A program made the position numbers and the translations under genes. A model generated the notes under the pieces. The model ran no database searches. It worked only from the letters and a program-made list of their open reading frames with translations, and had not been told where the DNA came from. A DNA stretch of 60,760 bases, the filler included. It is 4 parts of 4 records of this genome, joined end to end, with 100 filler letters (N's around TTAATTAATTAA, not from the genome) between each part and the next. Parts side by side here need not be neighbours in the genome. Positions count along the whole stretch, not along the records: positions 12,806 to 39,861 come from SRR2962707_4614; 3 more parts are not named here. The stretch is one strand, 5' to 3'. This document shows positions 29,208 to 39,445 of the stretch, piece by piece (position 1 is the first letter of the stretch; each line of letters begins with the position of its first letter).

Positions 29208-30194
29208 CTAACCTGAGATCACCTTGTTGACCGCGCGTGGGCTGAGACCAAACTCACGCTTGAAGGCCGTCGAAAAATTGGCTGGGTTGCCATAGCCTGC
29301 GGCGAAGGCTGCCTGAGCGACGCTGGCGCCTTCTCTTTCAAGCATCCGCCGCGCAAGAAGCATGTTGCGGCTTCGAACATATTCCTTGACGGTCGTGCCG
29401 TGGCCAGCCCGGAACAGGCGTTGCATGGTGCTCAGGCTGACGCCGCTGCGCCTTGCGATCTGTTCCACCGGCAGAGTGCTATCGGCAGCGATGATGTCGT
29501 CTATAATGTGCAACCGACGGATATCGGCAGGTGTCAGCCGCTGGTTGACACACATCATGTGCTCCGCCGCCAGCACCGAAAATGCGTCAGCGAGCAAATC
29601 AAGGGCGCGGCTTTCCAGATAGAGATTTTCGCTGACTTCAGGCGGGTGCAACATCTGTTCGACTATGGCAACAAGCACCGGGTCGGCAATCCATTCAAAC
29701 CGGGCAGCATGGTTCGACTGGAAATTGACGACTGCCTGTCGCACGGCTTCATTGTCGAAAGCGCAGTCATCTATCCATTCCGGCGTCACTGTGACGACCA
29801 CATGGCGGACCCGCTCTCCCTTGTTGACCATGCGTTCGAAGCGGTCGGCCCGTGCTCGGGAGACCATTACCGCCCGTACCGGCTCACCTTCATGCCTGCC
29901 TATATCGAGAGCTACCTCGCCGATCCGGGCATTGACCCTGCCCGAAAGAAACACCATGAGCGACAGTCCCGGCCGTTGCTCTGTGATCGTGGTCAGGTCC
30001 TCCAGTGCAGTGGTGTCGGATGTATGCACGCTCAGCCCGCAACGCAGGCACAGCATGCGATGATCACCATGAAGAACCGCCTCGGTCGGCGAAAGCCGGG
30101 GCAGGAGCTCGAATGTTGGCATTGTCAATCGGGCATATTCGGCGAGCATGCTGGCCGAAATATCTTCGCCCCTTATGATGATGCCGTTGGCCAT
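29208..30194 (-). CDS. AraC-family regulator (PchR-like, divergent from a TonB-dependent receptor)
   Basis: C-terminal [29 protein letters not shown]; start placed at ATG 30194. Confidence 0.85.
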   Translation of the reverse strand: MANGIIIRGEDISASMLAEYARLTMPTFELLPRLSPTEAVLHGDHRMLCLRCGLSVHTSDTTALEDLTTITEQRPGLSLMVFLSGRVNARIGEVALDIGRHEGEPVRAVMVSRARADRFERMVNKGERVRHVVVTVTPEWIDDCAFDNEAVRQAVVNFQSNHAARFEWIADPVLVAIVEQMLHPPEVSENLYLESRALDLLADAFSVLAAEHMMCVNQRLTPADIRRLHIIDDIIAADSTLPVEQIARRSGVSLSTMQRLFRAGHGTTVKEYVRSRNMLLARRMLEREGASVAQAAFAAGYGNPANFSTAFKREFGLSPRAVNKVISG

Positions 30195-30289
30195 GCGTGA
30201 TGTCCTTTTGGTGCATTGCCGCATCGGCAAATGCTTTTGACGCCTGCGCAAAGATCGTGTGCTGGCGCTCTCTGACGTCATCCTCTAAC

Positions 30290-30314
30290 AAACATGATGA
30301 AATTCATCAAGTTT
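30290..30314. promoter_or_regulatory. Iron-responsive operator, TGA-N9-TCA (IRO / Iron-Rhodo-box type)
   Basis: AAACaTGATGAAaTTCATCAaGTTT near-perfect palindrome about 40 nt upstream of the receptor start. Confidence 0.65.
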
Positions 30315-30352
30315 TAGCCGGAAGAGTTTCTGGCTTGCGTAAGGGGGTTGTC

Positions 30353-32380
30353 ATGGTTGCCGGAACACGAGTTATGCGGACTTCAAAGACCAGTATTTGC
30401 CGGTTGGCGTCGATCACGTTGGCGTCATCTGTTGCGTCTCTGGTAATGGCATCCGGCGTCGGGGCTCAGGACGGAGCGACGGAAACAACTTTGCTCGAAC
30501 AGATCACGGTGGTCAGTGAAGGCAAGGAGAATATCGAAGCGACGGGCGGGACGGTTCTGACTGCGGAAGATCTCGAAAAACTGCAGCCCGCCGATGTCTC
30601 GGAACTGTTTTCGCGTGAATCCTCGGTCACGGTTTCCGGCGGAGGCGGTCCCTCCAAGCGGATTCATGTTCTTGGCATGGAGCAGTCGAATTTGGCCGTA
30701 TCTGTCGATGGCGTCCCGCAAACGGCAACCAGTTGGCATCACACCGGTTCGAATGTTGTCGATCCTGCCTTTCTCAAGCGTGTCGAAGTCGAAGCCGGAG
30801 CCGCGGCTGCGGATGCCGGCTTTGCCGCCGCTGCGGGCGCAGTTCGCTATGAGACGGTCGGTGCCAATGACCTTCTGGAAGACGGCAAGAATTTCGGCGC
30901 GCGCCTGAGTGGCGGCTACGGATCCAATGGGCGAGGCGGCTCAGGGAGCGCGGCAGCTTACGGCCGCCATGAGAATTTCGACTGGTTCATCATGACCCAC
31001 CTCACCGACGGCAGTGACTACAAGGCTGGTGATGGCACGCTCATGCAAGGCACGGCGCCGGCGAACCGGAACGTTTTGGGGAAATTCGGATATGAAACCG
31101 AAGGACACCGCATCGAGTTCGGTTACGAGCGCAGCACAGACGACGCCGAGCGCCTGATCAAAATGAACCTGGGTCTTGCCGGAGATACCTTGCATCCACT
31201 CGAGGTAAAGCGCGAAACGGCCAAGCTGAGCTATACCTCCACCGCTCCCACGGACATGTGGGATCCTGAGGTGACGGTCTATTACAGCCAGAATGACTAC
31301 TGGCGGGACAATTACCAAGCCAGGACAAATGGCAACATGGTCCTCAACGAAGACCTTTATGGCGGCAAGATCCAGAACACCTTCTCGATCGACGCAGGCA
31401 CCATTACGGCAGGTTTCGATCTGGGGCAGCACGATTACCATACCGATAATTATGGTAATCTGTTTGGCGGCAACCCGACGCCGCGCTACCGCGACTTCTC
31501 GACCACCCAGGTCGGTGCATTTGCGCAAGCCCGATTGGAGTTTGACAGCGGTTTTAACGTATCGACGGGCGCCCGCTACGACTTCCATCGGTTTGACGAC
31601 TGGAATGACCAGACGTTTACCGACAGTGGCGCAAGCGTGAATGCCACCGTCGCCTACAGGTTCAACGACAATGTCGAGGTGTTCGCTGGAGCATCACGCA
31701 CCTGGCTTGGCTATGTGGTCGGCGATTATGCCTATGTTCACGCTCGCGATGCCAATTTCATAACCACTCCGGGCTTTGAAGCCGGCACTGCAAATAACCT
31801 CAAGGCTGGTGTGAATTTCTCCGGTGGGGACTGGAATGCCGGGGTTACCTTCTTCGACACCCATATCAAGGGGTTGCCGTCATATACCGTCGCTGCCCTC
31901 GTCAATGACGATGAATACCGTAGCCGTGGCGTCACACTTAACGCCAGTTACCGTTGGAACGACACCAAGTTTGGCGCGACCTACACAAAGGCCAAGCTTA
32001 CCAAGGCCGGGCTTTCGGTCTTGCCTGATGGCGGTCATTTCATGCCAGTCGGCGACATGGCCACGCTTTATATCGACCACGATTTTGTCGACTACAACCT
32101 GAAGGTTGGCGGGTCGATGGCGTGGGCCAGCAAGATTTCCGATGTCGCTGCGACCAATGCCAATTTTCTGGATCAGCCATCCTATACGGTCTTCAACACC
32201 TATGCCGAATGGACTCCGCCAGCCTACGAAAATGCGTCAATTCGGTTGGGCGTCGAAAACATCTTCGACAAAACCTACACCGAGCGTTCGAGCTATGCGG
32301 CGAGTACCAATCGTGGCGGCATTGACCCGGTCTACGCGCCCGGCCGGACCTTTACGCTCCAGGCGACGGTCAAGTTTTGA
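30353..32380 (+). CDS. TonB-dependent outer-membrane iron receptor (FetA/VctA-like)
   Basis: Signal peptide, TonB box LEQITVV, plug [11 protein letters not shown]-terminal ENIFDKTY...[13 protein letters not shown]. Confidence 0.9.
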   Translation: MVAGTRVMRTSKTSICRLASITLASSVASLVMASGVGAQDGATETTLLEQITVVSEGKENIEATGGTVLTAEDLEKLQPADVSELFSRESSVTVSGGGGPSKRIHVLGMEQSNLAVSVDGVPQTATSWHHTGSNVVDPAFLKRVEVEAGAAAADAGFAAAAGAVRYETVGANDLLEDGKNFGARLSGGYGSNGRGGSGSAAAYGRHENFDWFIMTHLTDGSDYKAGDGTLMQGTAPANRNVLGKFGYETEGHRIEFGYERSTDDAERLIKMNLGLAGDTLHPLEVKRETAKLSYTSTAPTDMWDPEVTVYYSQNDYWRDNYQARTNGNMVLNEDLYGGKIQNTFSIDAGTITAGFDLGQHDYHTDNYGNLFGGNPTPRYRDFSTTQVGAFAQARLEFDSGFNVSTGARYDFHRFDDWNDQTFTDSGASVNATVAYRFNDNVEVFAGASRTWLGYVVGDYAYVHARDANFITTPGFEAGTANNLKAGVNFSGGDWNAGVTFFDTHIKGLPSYTVAALVNDDEYRSRGVTLNASYRWNDTKFGATYTKAKLTKAGLSVLPDGGHFMPVGDMATLYIDHDFVDYNLKVGGSMAWASKISDVAATNANFLDQPSYTVFNTYAEWTPPAYENASIRLGVENIFDKTYTERSSYAASTNRGGIDPVYAPGRTFTLQATVKF

Positions 32381-32409
32381 CCCTCGCGCTTCAGGGGAAG
32401 GAACATACT

Positions 32410-32718
32410 GTGCATCGAAGTGCAGCATATTTCGAGACCGCCAATGGCCGGAAATACCTCACGCAGCTGTGCAAGCATTTTGCCCACAAGATCGAGGTTT
32501 CCTACTGCGAGGACAGGGGCGAATGCCACTTTGCCGGTGGTTTGGGGCGGCTCGAAGCAGATGAGAAAGGATTGCGAATGGCGGTCGAAGCCAACGACGA
32601 AGAATGGCTGAACCGCGCGCAATCCATCATCGAAGTGCATCTTATCCGGTTCGCTTTTCGCGAACAGCTGGAAAGTCTCGATTGGCTGCCCCTTGAGGGG
32701 CAGCCTGAACCCCGTTGA
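32410..32718 (+). CDS. DUF2218-family protein
   Basis: KYLTQLCKHFAHK and HLIRFAFRE motifs; GTG start after an AAGGA RBS. Confidence 0.8.
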   Translation: MHRSAAYFETANGRKYLTQLCKHFAHKIEVSYCEDRGECHFAGGLGRLEADEKGLRMAVEANDEEWLNRAQSIIEVHLIRFAFREQLESLDWLPLEGQPEPR

Positions 32719-32741
32719 TGCCGTGCCTCTCGGAGCCTGTC

Positions 32742-33662
32742 ATGTCTTTACTGCGTTGCGTACGTTTCAAATTGGCCCCTCTGCTCGTCTCCGTTGTTGC
32801 TTTTGTATCAGCGCCGGTCTCGGCTGAGACAATCAAGGTCGAGCATGCCCAGGGCATCGCTACGGTTGAAAAAAGCCCGCAGCCGGTGCTGGTTTTTGAT
32901 CTTGCGGCGCTCGATACGCTTGATGCGCTCGGCGTATCAGTCGCGGGCGTGCCGTCCGGTGTCAAACCGGCCTATCTTGCGAAATACAATTCGGCCGACT
33001 ATCCCAAAATCGGTTCGCTGTTTGCACCGGATTTTGAAGCCGTTGCAGCGGCCGGCCCCGAACTGATTATCATAGGTGGACGCTCTGCCGGGCAGTATGC
33101 CGAACTATCCAGAATCGCAACGACAATAGACGTCACCGCCGACTACACCGACTTTCTCAACAGCGCCGAACACCAAAACGAGATGCTTGCGGCGGTTTTC
33201 GACAAGCAGGTGCAGGCATCTGAAAAGATCGCGGCGCTGGACGAGTCAATCGCAAGGCTCCGCGATACGGCGAAGGATGCTGGAAATGCACTGGTGGTGC
33301 TGACCACAGGCGGCAAGATCAGCGCCTATGGCCCCGGCTCACGCTTCGGCATTGTACACACAGAGTTCGGGCTTGCAGCTGCCGCCCCTGGCCTCGATGT
33401 GGCGACCCACGGACAAGCGATTTCGTTCGAGTTCATACTCGAGACCGATCCGGACTATCTTTTTGTCATCGACCGTGACGCCGCCATCGGCGAGAAAGGC
33501 CAACCGGCACAGGCTTTGCTGGATAATGATCTCATCAACCAGACCAAGGCTGCCCGCAACGGCCATATCGTCTATCTGCAGTCCGATACCTGGTATCTTG
33601 GCGGCACCGGATTGAGCGCGATGCAGAAAATGGTCGACGAATTGTCGGCAGCCCTTGAGTGA
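32742..33662 (+). CDS. Siderophore ABC substrate-binding protein (CeuE/FatB/YclQ family)
   Basis: IGSLFAPDFE, GGRS, AYGPGSRFG, THGQAISFE, DRDAAI, WYLGG. Confidence 0.9.
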   Translation: MSLLRCVRFKLAPLLVSVVAFVSAPVSAETIKVEHAQGIATVEKSPQPVLVFDLAALDTLDALGVSVAGVPSGVKPAYLAKYNSADYPKIGSLFAPDFEAVAAAGPELIIIGGRSAGQYAELSRIATTIDVTADYTDFLNSAEHQNEMLAAVFDKQVQASEKIAALDESIARLRDTAKDAGNALVVLTTGGKISAYGPGSRFGIVHTEFGLAAAAPGLDVATHGQAISFEFILETDPDYLFVIDRDAAIGEKGQPAQALLDNDLINQTKAARNGHIVYLQSDTWYLGGTGLSAMQKMVDELSAALE

Positions 33663-34674
33663 GGCGGAGCATCCGGTGACCGGCGCAATGGATTCCCGGC
33701 AAGCGCTGGAGCGTGCCCGCCTCGGGGGCGGCATGGTGCTACTCATCTTGTTGGCGCTGACCAGCCTGTTCGTCGGGGTGATCGATGTCTCGCCGCAACG
33801 CCTTGTCGACGCCGCCAGCCGGTCCCAGGCACTGCAAGTCCTCATCGAGAGCCGGATACCCCGAACCCTTGCGCTGGTTCTTGCCGGTTCCAGCCTGGCG
33901 ATCGCCGGTGTGATCATGCAGATGCTGGCGCGCAATCGTTTCGTCGAGCCCTCTACGGCTGGAACCGTCGAAGCCGCAAGTCTTGGCATGCTGCTGACGT
34001 TGCTTGTGTTTCCCGGCGCACCGGTTGTTGTCAAAATGCTCGTCTCGGCGCTATTTGCGCTGGTGGGGACAGCCCTTTTCTTGCGCCTGGTACGCCGCAT
34101 TCCTCCCTATTCGCCCTTGCTCGTGCCGCTGACCGGCATCATGCTCGGGGCCGTTATTGGCTCCCTCACGGCATTCATCGCCTATCGTACCAACCTTTTG
34201 CAATCACTCGGCGCGTGGCGGAACGGTGATTTCTCGCTGGTCATTGCCGGGCGCTACGAGTTGCTATGGCTGACATTCGTGCTCGCGGTGGTGGCCTATT
34301 TCGTAGCCGACCGTTTTACCATCGCTGGCCTCGGAGCCGATGTGAGCCGTAATCTCGGGCTCGATTACGACAAGGCCATGGCCATCGGTCTTGCCATCGT
34401 CGCTGCAGTTTCGGCCATCGTGGTGACCACGGTTGGCTCTATCCCCTTTCTCGGTCTGGTGGTGCCCAATCTGGTCAGTCTCGCCATCGGTGACAATTTG
34501 CGACGTGGACTGCCATGGGTGGCTTTGACCGGTGCGTTGCTGGTGCTTGCCTGTGACATTGTCGGTCGCATCATCGTCCATCCCTACGAGATTCCGGTGG
34601 GGACAGTCTTCGGTGTGCTTGGCGGCGCGGTGTTCCTCTTCCTGCTTTTGAGGAGGCCCAATCGTGCATCCTGA
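33655..34674 (+). CDS. Siderophore ABC permease (CeuB/FatD family)
   Basis: SRIPRTLA, RNRFVEPSTAGT, GRYELLW, HPYEIPVG; true start may be ATG 33688. Confidence 0.88.
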   Translation: MSEAEHPVTGAMDSRQALERARLGGGMVLLILLALTSLFVGVIDVSPQRLVDAASRSQALQVLIESRIPRTLALVLAGSSLAIAGVIMQMLARNRFVEPSTAGTVEAASLGMLLTLLVFPGAPVVVKMLVSALFALVGTALFLRLVRRIPPYSPLLVPLTGIMLGAVIGSLTAFIAYRTNLLQSLGAWRNGDFSLVIAGRYELLWLTFVLAVVAYFVADRFTIAGLGADVSRNLGLDYDKAMAIGLAIVAAVSAIVVTTVGSIPFLGLVVPNLVSLAIGDNLRRGLPWVALTGALLVLACDIVGRIIVHPYEIPVGTVFGVLGGAVFLFLLLRRPNRAS

Positions 34675-35668
34675 TCGCATCGCAAAATCGCCGTCTTTTC
34701 TGATCGCGCCGCACATTGTTCTGGTCATTCTGGCCGGGCTGGCCGTGGTTGCGGCATTGGCGTTCATGACTGTCGGGGTCAAGGCGAACTGGGGCTACGT
34801 CCTGGAGCTGCGGGGACGCAAGCTGGCCGCCATCTGCCTCGTTGCCACGAGTGCTGCGGTGTCGACCATCCTGTTTCAGACCGTGACCAACAATCGAATT
34901 CTGACGCCGTCGATCATCGGTTTCGACGCGCTCTATGCGCTTTTGCAGACGGTGTTCGTGTTCTTCCTTGGTGCGGCCCGTGTTTCAACTGCCGATCCAC
35001 GGTTGATGTTCGTGATCGAAGCGGCAGCAATGCTGGCTTTCTCGCTGTTGCTCTATCGCTGGTTGTTCCTCGGCGAGCGTCGCGGGCTGCATCTGTTGCT
35101 GCTGGTCGGCGTCGTCTTCGGTCTGCTGTTCAGAAGCGCGACCCAGCTGCTGCAGCGGATCATGGACCCGAACGAGTTCGTGGTCCTTCAGGACCGGTTG
35201 TTTGCCAGCTTTGGCGGAGTTGATCCGGCGCTGATCGCCGTCAGTGGGTTGGCTGTCGCCATCGTATGCGCGGTTGCATGGCGCAACCGCCATCGCCTCG
35301 ATGTCCTGCTGCTTGGGCGGGATCAGGCAATCAACCTCGGGATTGACCACCGCAGGGCGGTGACGGGCATTCTGATCATGGTCTCGGTTCTGGTGTCGGC
35401 TTCGACAGCACTGGTTGGACCCCTCAACGCGTCCGAACCGATCAGCTTCTTTGGCGTTCTCATCGCAAATCTGAGCTACGTGCTGATCCGCGGCTACAAT
35501 CACCGTTACCTGCTTCCCGCCTCGATCCTTTTGGGCTTCCTGTTGCTGACTGGTGGCCAGCTTGTGCTTGAAAACCTTCTGGGCTTCGATTCCGCCGTTG
35601 GAATCGTCATCGAATTCGCCGGTGGCCTGACCTTCATTCTTCTGCTCCTGAAAGGAATGGCGCGATGA
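34664..35668 (+). CDS. Siderophore ABC permease (CeuC/FatC family)
   Basis: FQTVTNNRILTPSIIGFD, DPNEF, LDVLLLGRDQAINLG. Confidence 0.88.
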   Translation: MHPDRIAKSPSFLIAPHIVLVILAGLAVVAALAFMTVGVKANWGYVLELRGRKLAAICLVATSAAVSTILFQTVTNNRILTPSIIGFDALYALLQTVFVFFLGAARVSTADPRLMFVIEAAAMLAFSLLLYRWLFLGERRGLHLLLLVGVVFGLLFRSATQLLQRIMDPNEFVVLQDRLFASFGGVDPALIAVSGLAVAIVCAVAWRNRHRLDVLLLGRDQAINLGIDHRRAVTGILIMVSVLVSASTALVGPLNASEPISFFGVLIANLSYVLIRGYNHRYLLPASILLGFLLLTGGQLVLENLLGFDSAVGIVIEFAGGLTFILLLLKGMAR

Positions 35669-36462
35669 TCGTGATTGAGGGGCTGACAAAGGCTTACGGG
35701 GATACATGTGTTGTTGATGATGTGAGCCTGACCATTCCCGCCGGCGAACTGACGGCAATCATAGGCCCAAACGGGGCGGGAAAATCGACCCTGCTGGGAT
35801 TGGCATCGCGTCTGATTACGGCCGACCGGGGACGGGTTCTCGTTGACAGTCTGGATGTCGCAGAAACCGGCAGTGACATTATGGCCCGCCGGCTTTCTGT
35901 GCTCAGGCAGGAGAACCATGTGACCGCGCGGCTGCGGGTTAGCGAACTGGTGTCCTTCGGCCGCTTTCCGCATTCCGGCGGTCGGCTGACCTCAGATGAC
36001 CGGGACCGTATCGCCCATGCGCTCGCTGCGCTGGAATTGACAGCACTGGAAAACCGCTTCCTTGACGAATTGTCCGGCGGACAGCGCCAACGCGCTTTCG
36101 TGGCAATGACGCTGTGTCAGGATGCGCCTAACATGCTGTTCGACGAACCACTGGCCAGCCTTGATATCCGTCATGCCATATCGATGATGCAGCTGCTGCG
36201 CTCGGCCGCCGGCTCAAGCGGGAAGACCGTGGTTGTCGTGCTGCACGATCTCAATATTGCAGCAAATTTTGCCGACCGGGTGGTTGCCATGAAGGATGGG
36301 CGTATTGCCTGCCAGGGGACGACTGGGGACGTGATGACATCCCGTCAATTGTCCGACCTTTACGGTCTGCCGGTACATGTGGACCGCAACGACCGGCACT
36401 TCGTCGTCAACTATTTCAATCCGGCGCAGACGCGGCAAAAGCTGTCTGCCGACGTCGGCTGA
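35665..36462 (+). CDS. Siderophore ABC ATPase (CeuD/FatE family)
   Basis: GPNGAGKST, FGRFPHS, LSGGQRQR, FDEP, VLHDLN. Confidence 0.9.
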   Translation: MIVIEGLTKAYGDTCVVDDVSLTIPAGELTAIIGPNGAGKSTLLGLASRLITADRGRVLVDSLDVAETGSDIMARRLSVLRQENHVTARLRVSELVSFGRFPHSGGRLTSDDRDRIAHALAALELTALENRFLDELSGGQRQRAFVAMTLCQDAPNMLFDEPLASLDIRHAISMMQLLRSAAGSSGKTVVVVLHDLNIAANFADRVVAMKDGRIACQGTTGDVMTSRQLSDLYGLPVHVDRNDRHFVVNYFNPAQTRQKLSADVG

Positions 36463-36511
36463 CCCGGATTCTCACGGTCAGGGAAGCAACAGTCGATAAA
36501 GGAATGCCGCA

Positions 36512-36937
36512 ATGAGACGTTTTCTAACCGCAACTATGGTCTTGGGTGCACTTCTTGGAGGCAGCGCTGTCGCCCAGAGTGAGGTTGCTCCCAAGCTCAC
36601 GCTCGAGCTCAACAGCCTTGAGCCGAACGACAAGGCGTGCCGGGCCACATTTATCGTTCGAAACGGATTTGCGGACGCGCTCGGATCGTTTGGCGTTGAA
36701 ATGGTGACCTTTGACGCCGCCGGACTGGTCGGGCTGATGACAGTATTCGATTTCGGCACGCTGGCCCCCGGCAAGACCCTAGTCAAGCGCTTTGACCTTC
36801 CCGACACCAGTTGCACGGATTTGACGCGGATCCTTGTCAATGGTGTCGCCCGTTGCAGCGGCGAGAGCATTGATGGTGCGGCCTGCGCTGCGGCGCTGAC
36901 CACCAGCAACCGGACCGATATGCCGTTCGGCATGTGA
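36512..36937 (+). CDS. Small exported four-cysteine protein at the head of the exbB-exbD-exbD-tonB unit
   Basis: Signal peptide, LELN...CRATF, GKTLVKRFDL...C...ILVN...C; AAGGA RBS. Confidence 0.7.
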   Translation: MRRFLTATMVLGALLGGSAVAQSEVAPKLTLELNSLEPNDKACRATFIVRNGFADALGSFGVEMVTFDAAGLVGLMTVFDFGTLAPGKTLVKRFDLPDTSCTDLTRILVNGVARCSGESIDGAACAAALTTSNRTDMPFGM

Positions 36938-36968
36938 CCTCCGACATTCAAAGCCAAGGAACGAACCG

Positions 36969-37664
36969 ATGACATTTTTGACCGATTCAATTGACTTCAT
37001 TTCCGGGTTTGTCAGCCTGGGTGGACCGGTCGTGGCGATCCTGCTGGTACTCTCCGTGGTGAGCCTCGCTGTCATTTTAATGAAGGTCTGGGAGTTTTCG
37101 CGCCATCATGTGGGCCGTCGCAGCCGTGCGGAAAACGCTGTCAGGCTTTGGATCGAAAACCGACCAGCCGAGGCCCTTGTCTTGGCTCGAGCCGGTCGCT
37201 CGCCAGCCGCGCAGGGCGTTGCACGCGCGATTGCCATGGTCTCGGCCGGCCATCGCCGCAAGGCGGATATAGAGGAGCGTCTGTCACGTTCGGCGGTGGG
37301 GCAACTGCACGCCCTGCAATCGGGTTTCCGGTTGCTGGATGCGGTGGCCCAGATAGCGCCTTTGCTTGGATTGTTTGGCACCGTTTTGGGCATGATTGAC
37401 GCTTTCCGGCAACTGCAATCGGCTGGCAGTGCGGTTGATCCGACGATCCTGGCTGGCGGCATCTGGGTGGCGCTCCTGACCACCGCGGCCGGACTGGCGG
37501 TTGCAATGCCGGTTTCACTGGTTCTGACCTGGCTTGAAAGCCGGGTGGAAAACGAGCGGGTGGCGATAGAAACCTTGACCGCAGACATTCTGGCTCCGGC
37601 CGGCATCATTGCCGAGTCTGAATCAGCGAGTGTCGATGCCAAGGACGTGTCCCTTGCACATTGA
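36969..37664 (+). CDS. exbB: MotA/TolQ/ExbB proton-channel protein
   Basis: APLLGLFGTVLGMI, LAGGIWVALLTTAAGL. Confidence 0.88.
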   Translation: MTFLTDSIDFISGFVSLGGPVVAILLVLSVVSLAVILMKVWEFSRHHVGRRSRAENAVRLWIENRPAEALVLARAGRSPAAQGVARAIAMVSAGHRRKADIEERLSRSAVGQLHALQSGFRLLDAVAQIAPLLGLFGTVLGMIDAFRQLQSAGSAVDPTILAGGIWVALLTTAAGLAVAMPVSLVLTWLESRVENERVAIETLTADILAPAGIIAESESASVDAKDVSLAH

Positions 37665-38043
37665 AATGACCCGTTTCAAGCGCCGCAGACTGACATTGAC
37701 GCCGTTGATCGATGTCATCTTCCTGTTGCTGCTGTTTTTCATGCTGTCCTCAACATTCTCGCGCTTTTCGCAGGTCCCTGTTGCAGCGCCTGCGACCGGA
37801 ATGGCAGCAGCACCCGGAAAGGCGGGCGCATTGCTGGTGGTGCGGGCGGAGAGCTATACGCTGAACGGTGAAGTGAAGGAGCTTTCGAGTCTTGCCGCGG
37901 CGCTTGAGGAGGTCATGGCCAAAGGTGCTGCGCGGTTGATGATCATTGTCAACGAAACGGCCTCCGCCCAGAATTTTGTCGGCGCGCTTGAGGCTGCGGA
38001 AGCTGCAGGCATACCGGTATCGGTGTCAGGGAGAGGGCAATGA
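37654..38043 (+). CDS. exbD: ExbD/TolR-family protein 1
   Basis: LTPLIDVIFLLLLFFM with the conserved Asp; probable TTG start at 37654. Confidence 0.85.
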   Translation: MHIEMTRFKRRRLTLTPLIDVIFLLLLFFMLSSTFSRFSQVPVAAPATGMAAAPGKAGALLVVRAESYTLNGEVKELSSLAAALEEVMAKGAARLMIIVNETASAQNFVGALEAAEAAGIPVSVSGRGQ

Positions 38044-38453
38044 TCCACATTCCGGCCCGTCACAAACCCCGCAAACAGGAAAGCACCATTGCCCTGATCA
38101 ATGTGGTTTTTCTTATGCTGATTTTCTTCCTGATCGCCGGAACTCTGGCACCACCGACTGATCATCAGGTTTCCTATATTGCCTCGGAACGGGAAGACAA
38201 TGCGCCACCGCCCGACATGGTTTTCGTGCGGGCCGATGGCACCGTCAGCTGGCGCGGCGAGCCGGTCGATCCCTCAGCTCATCTCGCGGACTGGAAGGCG
38301 ATCTTGTCGATTGACGGAGATCAGGAAAGGGCGCCGTTGCGGGTGGCCGCTGACCGGAATCTGTCTGCATTGAAACTGCTTGAACTTCTCAAAACGCTGC
38401 GGGCAGGGGGCATCGACAAAATCGTTCTGGTGACGGAGCGGAGCGGATCATGA
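38040..38453 (+). CDS. exbD: ExbD/TolR-family protein 2 (Asn in place of the TM Asp)
   Basis: IALINVVFLMLIFFLIAG; VAADR motif; ATGA overlap. Confidence 0.82.
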   Translation: MIHIPARHKPRKQESTIALINVVFLMLIFFLIAGTLAPPTDHQVSYIASEREDNAPPPDMVFVRADGTVSWRGEPVDPSAHLADWKAILSIDGDQERAPLRVAADRNLSALKLLELLKTLRAGGIDKIVLVTERSGS

Positions 38454-39445
38454 ACCGATCGCGGGCCGGTATTGTCATTGCTGCAATCGTATCGCTGGCG
38501 CTGCATCTGACGCTGGCGGCGATATTTGTGCCTGCGGAGTCAGAGGTGCAGATTGCCGGCGGAACCCCCGTTGACCTGGTGATTGTCGGCACTGCATTCG
38601 CGGACGCGCTGGCCGCTGGCGAAATTTCAGAAAATGCTGAGGAAGAAACCCTCAAACCCGTCGACGATACTGCGCCGTATCTCGAGCCGGTCGACGATGC
38701 TAAGCCGCACCTCGAGCCGGTCGAAGCCGCCACGCTTGAAGTCAGCGACCCGGAGGAATTGCAGTCAGTTGTTGCCGAGCCCGTGGAACCGGTGAACGCC
38801 GACAACCTTGAAAGCACAACTCCCCCGACCTTTGAACCGGTTGAGGTCGAAAGCGTCACCGCCAAAGCCGCGCCGCCCAGAGAACTCAGCGCTGTTGCGG
38901 AGGTGCCCGTGCCGCGCCCGCGCCCCAAAATGACCGAGGCGGAACGCGAACGCATCGAAACGCCGGTAAAACAGAAAACGGGGAAGGCCAAAGTCAGCAA
39001 ACCGGCCGCAAAAGTGCAACCGAAGCAAAACAAGGCTGTGGCCAAGCCAAAGGCTGCGAAATCCAGTGCAGGCAATGGCGGGAAACAGGCAACCAGCAGT
39101 TCGAGGGGGGCTTCCAAGGGCGCGAAAACCACGAAAAAGCAAACCCGGGCGGGCAATGCCGCGGTTTCCAACTATCCCGGCAATGTGGCCTCGAAACTGC
39201 GCCGGGCGCTGCGCTACCCGAGAGCGGCGCAAAAAGACAGGTTGAAAGGGCAGGCAGTGGTGTCGTTCACTGTGGCAGCCAATGGTTCTGTCAGTTCCGT
39301 CCGCATCGCCCGAAGTTCCGGCTCACCGCTCCTCGACAAGGCGGCGCTGGAAGCAGTCCACCGCGCGGCACCGTTCTCGCCGATACCGTCTGCCGCAGGA
39401 CGGCGCAGTTGGAGTTTCACTGTGCCTCTTGCCTTCAAGCCGTAG
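38450..39445 (+). CDS. tonB: Energy transducer TonB
   Basis: N-terminal SLALH TM motif, Glu/Pro then Lys-rich linker, C-terminal YPRAA...SSGSPLLDKAALEAVHRAAPF. Confidence 0.88.
   Translation: MNRSRAGIVIAAIVSLALHLTLAAIFVPAESEVQIAGGTPVDLVIVGTAFADALAAGEISENAEEETLKPVDDTAPYLEPVDDAKPHLEPVEAATLEVSDPEELQSVVAEPVEPVNADNLESTTPPTFEPVEVESVTAKAAPPRELSAVAEVPVPRPRPKMTEAERERIETPVKQKTGKAKVSKPAAKVQPKQNKAVAKPKAAKSSAGNGGKQATSSSRGASKGAKTTKKQTRAGNAAVSNYPGNVASKLRRALRYPRAAQKDRLKGQAVVSFTVAANGSVSSVRIARSSGSPLLDKAALEAVHRAAPFSPIPSAAGRRSWSFTVPLAFKP
38651..38725 (+). repeat. 30-bp imperfect tandem repeat (about 2.5 copies) in the tonB linker
   Basis: CTCAAACCCGTCGACGAT.., CTCGAGCCGGTCGACGAT.., CTCGAGCCGGTCGAA at 38651, 38681 and 38711. 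Confidence 0.7.
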
